Virus record (IMG/VR): IMGVR_UViG_3300028625_000001
Coordinates: 50,725-114,724 of that record
Strand: one strand, 5' to 3'
From: a virus
Length of the DNA: 64,000 nucleotides
Shown here: piece by piece, positions 10,791 through 22,700 of the stretch
Position numbering within the stretch: position 1 is the stretch's first letter
Layout of the letters: every line of letters begins with the position of its first letter
Program-made: the position numbers and the translations under genes
The notes under the pieces: generated by a model
What the model was told of the DNA's origin: nothing
The model's database searches: none
What the model saw: the letters and a program-made list of their open reading frames with translations, nothing else

Positions 10791-13700
10791 ATGAACACCC
10801 TTGATAAATATGTTCAAAAACATATAGTGAAATACAGTGGCGCAGGCCCGATAAGTAAAGGCGGCGGGGCTTCTTCTAATCTATCTATGAGTCTTGACAC
10901 TGCCGCACTCGCGGGCAGGATAGACGATATTGAAGAACAACTCAAGCTGATTGCCGCATCTCTTAAGAATTATCATACGCTTTCAATTACTTTCGAGAAT
11001 ATAGACCTCCCACTGGTAGATATACATGTCAGCGGAGGAATGGCGGTCTTAAGTGGCTATACAGAAGTTATACCTGAGACTACGATAACCGTAGACACTT
11101 CTTTGTGGGTTGCAGGAGTCAACAAGTATATCGTTTGGTATAACGGGACGATCGTTGTTGCCGATGAAATACTTGAGGGATATAAGTTACTTGCCTACAT
11201 AATAATTCCCGAAGATTGGGACGGAACGGTAAGTAATTCATATAAAGACGGCGCGGCTTATATTTCTATTGCCGGACCGATAGATGAACTCGATCCCTAT
11301 TATGGAGAGGTACTGATCCTTGAGCTCGATGCGGAGGCCGGTCCTTTCTTCTGTATTGTCCATGCTTCGTGGGACCCCCTTGGATCTCCCGATGTTTCTC
11401 ACTATATCCTTTCTTATACAATAGACGGGAATAACTGGGAGAATATAAGCACGGCGAACCCCGCGGCAAGCTTCGAGGCCCCGCACAACATCCAAGTCGC
11501 AGCCAAGGTCCAGGCCGTGTTCAATAATGGAAGAAAAACTCATTGGTCGGCGACAGAAATTATTCAGACCCCCGGCGACGACACCATTCCCCTGCCTGTA
11601 ACAGGTCTTGAGGTCACAAGTCAGTTTGGAATAATTAAAGCTATCTGGGATGAGAGTACAGATATAGACTTTGATACGTTTGAAATACAGGTAGCTAGAG
11701 ACGATCAATTCACAGACCCGGAAGTCACTTTTACCACAAACACCAGCTATGCCTTTGCGGGAGAACCGGAAGCTACTTACTATATAAGGGTAAGAGTTAT
11801 AGACTACTCTAGCAATACTTCTTTGTGGTCTGACACTATAGAGATTGAAACGGTTATGGGCGACGGGAATACTCCCGCGGCCCCCACTGGGCTAACCCTC
11901 GTCCCAATTCTTGAAGACGAGACTTCATACATAACTGCTACGTGGGATAGGAACGAAGAATTAGATATAGTCAGTTATGAATTAGCTATCAGCTATGACC
12001 AGACTAATTGGGTAGACTACCAGACGCCAAAAACAACCAAGACCATAGAAGTAGTCGGCGGAGTCACCCTTTACGCAAAAGTAAGGGCTTTAGACAATGA
12101 GGGGTTAGTCTCTGCATGGTCCGATATTGTAGAAACAACCACAGCACATGACACTGAAGCGCCTAATATTCCAGTAGGATTAACTATTACCAATAGTTTT
12201 GGTATAGTGTACTTTACCTGGACTGCCAATGGAGAAGCCGACTTTAGTCATTATATAATTCAGATATCTCAAACCGATCAATTCTCTACCTATGACGAGG
12301 TTATCCAAAGGACAAATAGCTATAGTTTCTCAGGAATCCCGGGGACAACTTATTATGTAAGAATTAAGTCTGTGGATTACTCCGGGAATGAGTCAGACTG
12401 GTCTTCAATCGCAAGCACGACGGTAACAGCCGGAGACGGGCAGCCGCCCGCGACCCCCACGGGGCTTAGTCTGACAACCTATCTTCAATCTTATAGCAGC
12501 TATATAGAAGCGACATGGGATGAGAACGAAGAGGTAGACTTACTCGGTTATCAAATAGCCTGGTCGCTCGACCAGTTGAAATGGAATATACTGTCTGTCA
12601 ATTCTCCAGAAGCAAATTTTTCTGTCCCGGGCAACAGCACAATCTATGTTAAGGTCAAAGCGCTTGATGTCGAAGGGTTGGCCTCTCAATGGAGCGACGC
12701 AGAAAGCATAACCAGCACAGAGGACGAAGAAGCCCCGGCAACCCCCGTTCTCTTATCAAACATTCCCCTTTACGCTAGGGCGTTGATAGAGATAGAAGAG
12801 CAGGAAGAGTCAGACTTTAGTCACTTTCTTGTCTCTTATAAAGATAGGAGCTTTACGACTTCTACAACCAACATCGAGATTCCCCTAGACCCTGGAGAAT
12901 CAGGGGTGTCCGTCTCTATTAAAGCCGTCGATCTTAGCGGAAACGAGTCCCCGGCACTCGCGGTGTCCGCCTCCGCCAGAACATTGTCGGAAGCTGAAGA
13001 AGAGTTCTTTGAACTAATCAACAAGGTTCATGGAGGATCTACCAATACAGAGACTATAGCCTATATAACCGACGATCTGGTAGACCATATGAACATCACA
13101 AAGCCGACGGCTTTTGATCGCTCCGGGCTACTTAAAGACGATGTATACGACACTATCGACAGGATAGACAACATAGATTATGGAGATTTAACCCTCCCGA
13201 TGGAAAGCGTCTTTGAGAGAATCGATACCGATTTTATAAGTGTCGGCAGCTCACTATTCGAGGCCCGCTCAAAGATATTCGATATAGAGATCGGTGGAGA
13301 AATAAAGAATATAGACGAGTGGGTCGGAGTAATAAACACCGACGTTTCAGATATTACAACCAGGATAGACTTCATAAACTATGGCGAACTGACAGGGACA
13401 ATAGAAACCGTTCTCGGTTCCGTTTATTCGAATGTCTCCGCTATATCCGAGAAAATCTACGACATAGTTATCGGAGAAATAACTCTTGATATAGATGAAT
13501 GGATAGACCAGATCAATAGTGATCTATCGGGAGTTATGACAAGAATAAATGCGGTAGTCTATGGCTCTCTTACCGACACTATTGAAGATGTCCTCGCCGC
13601 CGTGCATGGAGATATATCAGGGATAGAGACAAAGGTTTTCGACATTGAGATCGGCGAAGTAACTCACGACATAGATGAGTGGATGGGGTTGCTTAACGGA

Positions 13701-16700
13701 GACGTCGCGGGAATTATCAGCCGCCTTGAGAATGTGTCATATAACGAAACCATAGACACGATCGAGACGCAGATCGCCGCAATAGCCCTCGACATCAACG
13801 GGTTAAGCTCAATCGTCTATGACATTACAATAGACGAAACGACTCAAGATGTGAATCAATGGATCTCCACCTTGAGCCAAAGGGCAGATTCCATCGAACT
13901 ATCCATCTCTGGGATAAGCCAGACTGTAGGTGAGCACACTTCTTCAATTTCGCAAATGTCTATCGATATAAGCGGGATTGAAGCCGTGGTGTATAACATA
14001 ACCATTGATACCGTTACTCAAGATGTAGACCAGTGGGTTACGCAAATCAAGCAAGAGGCAGACGCTATCACCTTGCGGCTGGATCACGTCGTCATCGACG
14101 AAGACGATCAAACTCTTGAGCAACACGTATCTCAAATAAAGCTTGACATTTCGGGAATAGAATCGGTTGTCTATGATATAACGATTGATACTGTTACGCA
14201 GGATATAAATCAGTGGGTTTCCACCCTTAGCCAAAGGTCAGATTCAATAGAGCTATCGGTCCAGGGACTTTCTCAAACTGTAGGCGAACATTCCAGCTCG
14301 CTATCTCAATTAACCATAGACGTCAGTGGAATAGAGGGAGTCGTTTACAACATCCAGATTGGAGAAGATGCTCAAGATGTTGACCAATGGATCTCTACTC
14401 TCAGCCAAAGAGCCGACTCTATCGAGTTATCTGTGTCTGGTTTGAGTTCAGATGTCGGGGAGAACTCAGCGAGTATCAGTCAATTAGTCATTGATGTAAG
14501 CGGGATCGAGGGTGTCGTCTATGATATTACGGTGGGGGAAGCCACACAAAACGTTGACCAGTGGGTTTCTCAGATAAAACAGGAAGCCGACGCAATTACC
14601 CTTAGATTAGACCATGTCGTTATTGACGAAGACGATCTGACTCTCGAACAACACGTTTCCCAGATAAAACTAGATATAAACGGCATAGAGTCAGTTGTCT
14701 ACGATATTCAAATTGGGGAAACTACTCAAGACATTAATCAGTGGATATCTACTCTTAGTCAAAGAGCGGATTCTATAGAGCTTAATGTGTCTGGCCTATC
14801 TCAAACAGTCAGCACGCATACAACAAATATCAGCTCGCTTCAGTTAGACGTAAGCGGGATTGAAGCAATAGTCAAAGATATTACCATCGGCACCGTTACT
14901 CAAGATGTAAATGAATGGGTAAGCCAGATAAAACAAGAAGCCGACGCCATCACTTTGAGGCTAGATAATGTAGTGGTGGACGAATCAACAAAGACAGTAG
15001 AACAACATCTCTCTCAGATCGTTTTAGATATAGATGGGATAGAGGCTATTGTTAAAGACATAACCATTGATGAAGTTACACAAGATGTTGATTTGTGGAT
15101 CTCAACACTTAGCCAGAGAGCCGATTCAATTGAATTGTCGGTTCAGACCGTTAGCCAGACAGTAGAAGGACACACAACAACGATATCCCAACTTTCAATA
15201 GATGTCAGCGGAATAGAAGGGATCGTCTACAACATCGAGATCGGAGAGGATCAATACGATGTCGATCAATGGATATCGGTCCTCAGCCAGCGGGCAGACT
15301 CTATTGAGCTGTCTGTAACCAACCTAAGTGGTGATGTAGGAACTAATACGGCAAGCATTGGGCAGCTTACTATAGACGTCGAAGGTATAAAAACCCTTGT
15401 TTATGATGTTACGGTCGGTGATGTTACTCATGATATAGATGAGTGGTTAAGTGCCCTTTCCCAGGAAGATATTTCCATTAAACAGGATTTAGAGGCCGCG
15501 GCGCTGGCCCTGAGAAGTAAAATAGAGTCAGAGTTCACCAATGCAGAAACAGTATTGTATATTGTCGGAGATCCGCTTGACCATCAGACAGACACAGCGC
15601 CCATTAACTATGATAGAACAACTTCTATCTTCGACATAACTTACGACACCTTTGAAAGGCTCAATAACTTCGAGATAGACGGGGTTACAGGGACAATAGA
15701 GTATTGGGCCAGTAGCATAAGCCAGACTACTCAAAATATTACCCTTAGAATAGACGGCATAGTCTATGATGGTGAGCAAAAGACTCTTGAACAAGCCTTT
15801 AGTGCAATAGAGATGAATATAGACGGCATAACTTCTACTGTCTATGACCTTGAGATCGACGGCACCACACAAAACATCGATCAGTGGGTCTCCCAAATAA
15901 AACAGGAAACAGATAACATCACATTCCGACTGGATCACTTTGTTATAGACCAGGAAGATATGACCGCGGAGCAACACGTTTCACAGTTGAAGTTAAGCAT
16001 AGACGGCTTAGAGTCGGTTGTGTACTCGATTCAAGTCGATGAAATAACCCAAGACGTCGATTTATGGATCTCCACTTTAAGTCAAAGGGCCGACGGAATA
16101 GAGCTCAATGTTTCTACTCTTTCCAGCACAGTAGATGGTCATACAAGTAGTATCAGCTCCATTCAGTTGGATGTAGGCGCAATAGAACTGATTGTAAAAG
16201 ACATAACTGTAGACGAAACGACTCAAGATGCCGACGAATGGATATCTCAGATCAAGCAAGAAGCTGACGCTATCACTTTAAGACTTGACCATGTCATCAT
16301 AGACGAAGATGACCAAACTTTTGAGCAACACATAAGCCAGTTCCGATTAGATATCGACGGAATAACCTCTATAGTCACCGATATAACTGTTGGAGAAGAG
16401 ACTCAAGATGTTGACCAATGGGTTTCTACCCTCAGTCAGAGAGCGGATTCAATAGAATTAAGTATTACCGGGCTCACTTCAGACGTGGGGACAAATACTT
16501 CTAACATATCGCAACTTCTAATAGATGTTTCCGGTATCGAATTGATCGTAAAATCCCATACAATTGGCGAAACGACTCAAGACCTTGACTTATGGGTTAC
16601 GCAAATCAAGCAAGAGGCAGACGCTATCACGCTTAGATTAGATGGCATCGAGATTGACGAAGAGACTAAGACTATAGAACAACATCTTGCTCAAATAGTC

Positions 16701-19700
16701 CTGGATATTGATGGTATCGAGTCTATTGTTTACAACATCACCATAGGCGAAGACCAGTATGATGTCGATGGCTGGATCTCTGTATTAAGCCAGCGCGCGG
16801 ACGCTATCGAACTATCGGTATCTACCCTTGAAGACAATACGACGACTTCGCTATCTGCTTTAAGCATACAAGTCGGTGAGATCGAGGCTATTGTCTATGA
16901 TATAGAAATTGGAGAAGATACCTATGATGTGAAAGAATGGGTAACTCTCCTGAAGCAGACAACAAATAGTATTTCTCTTGCTGTTGAAGGACTTGAAACC
17001 GATCTTGGAACTGCCGAATCAAACATCTCGCAGCTTCAAATTAGTGTCGGGTCAATTTCCTCAATAGTCCAGAATGTCGAGATCGAAGGAGTAACGAAAA
17101 ACCTTGACGTCTGGGTGTCTGAGGTTAAACAAACTGCCGAAGGAATACTGGCGCGGGTAGACGCCATTTCCTACAATGGGGAAGAGGGCACTATTGAAGA
17201 GCAGTTCGCCGCGCTATCGCTTGATATTTCTGGATTATCCTCAAAAGTCTACTCGATCAATATAGATGGAAACGTTCAGGATATAGACGAATGGTTAGCC
17301 ACCCTCAATACTCAAGATGAAACTCTTGAAGAGTCTATAGACGACGCCGTAGATAGCTTAAGGATAAAGATAAACTCAGAGTTTGCCGATGCCAGCACCT
17401 TAATGTATATTGCCGGAGACCTTCAGGACCATCAATCTCTTCTATCACCTATTAGTTATGACAGGGTAGATTCTATATTTGATGTTGCATATAACACTCT
17501 CGATAGACTAAACCTCTTTGAAGTCAACGGGATAACCGACACAATAGAGTATTGGGTGAGCAGCATTAACCAGACGGCAAACAATATAGAACTCAGGGTA
17601 GACGGCATAACTTATAATGGCGAGACAAAGACTCTTGAGCAAGCCTTCAGTGCAATAGAACTGGATATAGATGGGATTACGTCAACAGTCTATAATATCG
17701 AGATCGACGGGACCACCCAGGACATCGATCAATGGATCTCCCAGATTAAACAAGAAGCGGACAACATCACCCTTAGACTGGATCATGTGGTTATCGACGA
17801 GAACGATCAAACCCTTGAACAACATATCAGCCTTTTAAAGATTGATGTCGATGGCATAACTTCAATAGTTACCGACATCACCATTGATGAAGAAACCTAT
17901 GATGTAAATCAGTGGGTATCGGTTTTGAGCCAGAGATCAGACGCTATAGAGTTGTCCGTGTCTACCCTTTCCGGGGACGTCGCCTCGGCTATTTCTCAAC
18001 TAACCATCGACGTAAGCGGTATAGAAGGCGTGGTTTATAATATCACGATTGATGAGACTACCCAAAACATCGATGAATGGGTTTCTCAGATAAAACAAGA
18101 GGCAGATGCAATAACTCTTCGTCTCGACCACGTTGTCATCGGCGAGGACGACCAGACTCTCGAACAACATGTGTCTCAGATAAAGATAGATATTGGCGGA
18201 GTAGAATCGATTGTTTACGATATCCAAATCGGAGAAACTACCCAAGACGTCAATGAGTGGGTCTCTCAGATAAAACAGGAATCTGACGCCATTGAATTAA
18301 GGGTCGAAACCGCGGAAGGAACTATAACATCTCATTCATCTTCCATTAGTTCATTAAACCTTTCGGTAGATGGCATAGAAGCAGTCGTCTACAACATTGC
18401 AGTAGAAGAAGAAGGCGACACCCACGACGTAGACGAATGGCTTGCCTTATTCCATATTAGAGAAAATGCGATAGAGCTGTCTGTTACAAACCTTTCAACC
18501 ACTGTATCTTCTAATACTCAATCCATCTCTTCTATTGAGGTTGACGTAGGCGCTATAGACTTAAGAGTCCAAACGGTTGAAAGCACCACATCAACCCACA
18601 CGACACAAATCTCCGACCTCGACATTGCGCTAGGCACAATCACGGCGACAGTCGGGAGCATAGAAGATACGGTAGATGGACATACAAGCAGTATAAGCCA
18701 AATAGAACTTGACATTAGTGGAATTACCAGCACGGTTCAAACGATAAGCGATACCGTGGGCGGCCATACTTCTCAGATATCACAGATAAACCAGGATATA
18801 GGCTCTATAGAACTTGCCGTACAGGAAGTCGAAGAGGATGTCGGGACAAATACGTCAGCAATAGCCCAGATAGAATTGAGTATTGACGGGATAACCACCT
18901 CAATAAGCACGTTGGAGACTACCGTCGGTGGACATACCTCTCAGATATCTCAAATTGAACTAGATATAGGGACAATCGAACTAAGTGTATTGTCTATTTC
19001 TTCTACCGTAGGGCAACACACGATCGACATTTCGGCAATTAACGTCTCTCTCGGAGAGATAACTACAATTGTTGGGACGATAGAAGAAGACCTCGACCAA
19101 GAAGGCGACCCCTTAACACAGACCTATAACTACTCTTTATTCCAGCAACTTGCCGATTCTATCGCTTTGAGAGTTGTCGCAGTTGATGAGTTTGGGGACC
19201 CGCAAGCCACGGAACTCATTATTGAAGACGGACTCGTAACTATCGCCGCGGACCAATTTAGAGTGCATGGCGACGCAATGATAAACGGGAGTGTCAGCGG
19301 CGATAAGCTCAAGGCAAACAGTGTTGAGACCAACAAGTTAATTGTTTGGCCCGACATACCCATAGACGACGAGACGGCGGAATATTGGGGGACTTCATTA
19401 TTAGGCGCCCTGGGGATTACACTCCCCGACGGTATGGACGAGGTTACAAAAGAAAACCTAGCCGATCTACTTCCCCCAGGGACCATACTTGCCGAATATT
19501 TTGCAGTCGGTCAAAAGATGGTTGTCGGAAATAAGGTAGTTATCGAAAGGGACTTAGACGACTATGGTCATATGACCGTCTTCGATAGCGACTATGAAAT
19601 TGTCGTCAAAGTAGGAGAAAATGCGACTCCTGATGGCCGCGACGGAATGTTTATTAATACCGGCGGCGCTTTCCAAGTTGGTCAACTTGTAGATCCTAAC

Positions 19701-22700
19701 TATCTAAGATACTATAACGGCATACTGACTATTAAAGGAGTAATAGAAGCTACCGGCGGTTTCTTCGATGAGGTTGTTTATGTCGGAGTCGAAGAAGGCG
19801 AGCGAATACTTCTTGATGGAGTTAATAAGCTGATAAGGTCTGAGAACTACCAGGCGGGAACTGCCGGGTTCGAATTGAACGGCGATGGTACTGCCGAGTT
19901 CAATAACATAACTGTCCGCGGGAGCGTCCACGCCAGCGAAGGTTCGATAGACGGTGTTATGACGATCGGAGATATAGAGATCGGAGTCGGAGTCAACGAA
20001 GGCGCGGGCACTGGCTGGTTCGTTGATGAGAATAATTACTGGTACTCTAATCTAGGTTTCTCAATAGGCAATGGCACTACAAATAAGTTCCAGTATTCGC
20101 CGGAAGGCGGGCTAGAAATAGTTACCACTAAGATTTTAGTAGATATAGACGAGAACATCTTAATCGATAGTGAAAACAAGGTTATTGCTATCGGTACGAT
20201 GACCGGATTCGATACTGCCAGCGGGAACGGTGTCTTTACAGGAATGTATAATAGCAAGCCCTCTTTTAAGGTGGGGCAGAATGATCCCGACGGAGACCTT
20301 CAGAAAGGGATCTCTTATTATGACGGCGTCTTTAGCTTTATGGGAGCCGTTATATCTATGGAGAACCTTGATGACCCGACCCAAGAAGCGTTATCAGGCT
20401 ATGAAGTAATGATCTCTCCCGCGGGAGATAGCGTCTATAATGACGGAACCACAAGAACTCCGGCATCAATAAACTTCACAGCGACGCTACTAAGAAAAGT
20501 AGATAACACATTAGTTTCAAGCGGACTCGCTTATTACTGGACTGTGGAAACCGATGGCGGTATAACCATACCATCCGGCGCGCTAACCGCAACGGCAACG
20601 GTCAATACGTCAAATATGACCGGTCCGTCGGTTATAAAAGTCAAAGTCACTTACCAGGAGAAAGACTATTATGGTTATGCAAGTCTAGCCTATTCCGAAA
20701 AAGGAACCGGCGGAGACGATGCGGTGATCTACTGGCTTACTTCCAGTAAGGAGAAAGTAGTTTACAATCCGAACACCGGGCAGTACGATGGAGGAGCGAG
20801 CTCAAGTATAGTCTTTACCGCAAAAGAAGCCGTTGGACAGGTTGTACAAAATAAGACTGGTTTATACTGGAAGGTCAACGGAGTTAATGCGGAACCTGAC
20901 GCTAATGGTTATCAAAAGACTGTTGCGGTAAGCAGTCAGACTACAACGACGATAGAGATATATGCCGACTTTGCCAGAGAACAATTACTAGATACCTTTA
21001 CTGTTCCTGTCATAACTGAAGGTTCTGACTCATACTCGATTATTCTGTCGAATGAACATCAGACAGTTGAGTCTAATTATGACGGTACTTCTCCAACCCC
21101 TGCTAGTATCTCCACTCAGGTAAAGCTTTATAAGGGAACGACGGAGATAACTTCGTTTACAGTCGAGGCGACCGGAGCAACAGTAGATGGAAAAACAGTC
21201 ACTGTAACTATCCCTTCTAGTTCTACTATGGCAGGTTCTCAAGACATAACCGTCAAAATAGACAGTACGATAATTGGCGTAAAAACTCTCACCTGGTCTA
21301 AGTCTCCGCAAGGAGAGCCGGGAATCGGCGGGGAAGATGCTCAAGCATTATTCCTTACGGCGGACGCTCAGATATTCAAGGCAGATCAGGACAACACAAT
21401 CACCTCTGGAGATATTACTCTTGAAGCTTTCCTTCAGAATCTGTCCGGCACTATTACCTGGACTGCAAAGAACCAGAGTAATAATGACATCACACTAACC
21501 GGAACGGGGAGTACCAGAACCCTTACCGCAGCCAACTTTGGTGCAAGCGATTGGGTTAAGATAACTGTTTCTCTCGGTGGATTGAGCGATTCCATAACCA
21601 TTGTCAGAGTTAAGGAAGGGTCTAATGCGATAGTAGGTTTCCTAACCAACGAGTCGCATAATGTGCCTTGTGACTCTGACGGTTCTAATCCAGACTTCAC
21701 GGGAGCTTCTTCTATTCTTAAGATATTTAGGGGGAACACGCAAGAGACTTCTGGTTGGTCATGTTCCTGGTCTTTGATTACAGGTACGGCGACCGGGCAG
21801 GCAAGTACGACAACCCTGACTAACGACACAATTACTATACAGTCGCTTTCAACCGACGTGGCCGTTTATAGATGTACCGCCACGAAGTCCGGGCAATCAT
21901 CAGTTGTAAAAGACTTTACCATAACTAAGTCTTATGCCGGAGACCCTGGAGATCCTGGCGCGGACGCGACATCTTATTACATCACTTCAACAAAGGACAA
22001 GATTGTTTACGATCCCGGGACAGGGCAGTATGACGGCGGGGCCACAACAACCGTTACCCTCTCTGGTTGGAGAAAGGAAGGCACTAACTCTCCACAGGCG
22101 ACAAGCTTCTACTGGAAACGGGGAGCAACTGCTTTAGGAGCAGCCACATCCAAAACAATTACCGTGCCTACCGATACAAGTTCTTCATTCACAATGACAG
22201 CTTATATCGATTCTAGTTACACCTATCTAGCGGCCTCCTTTACTGTCGCTATCGTTGCTTCTGGCGAACCCGGAGACCCTGGTGGAGACGGAGTGACAAG
22301 ATATATTTCCGCGACAAAGGATAAGGTAGTCTATGACCCGAACACGGGGTTATACGATGGTTCGGCTTCGACAACAATAACGTTTACGGCCAAAAAGGTA
22401 GTTGGTGACGGAAGCCCTGCTAACGAGACAGTTTACTGGAAAAGAGGGAGTAGCGCATTAGGTTCTGGCACGAGCAAATCGGTGGTTGTGCCGACGGATA
22501 CGAACACCTCATTTACTATGTATACTTATGCGGACTCGGGTTATACCATACTTTTGAGTTCGTTTACGGTATCGGTAGTTACTTCCGGGGCCAGTATCTA
22601 CGCCTTGCCGACGGCAAGTGCTTATCACGTAGAATACAACGGTTCGTCTTACTCGCCGTCCTCAGTAACCATCACTCCGGCATTGAAACAGGGTACAACT

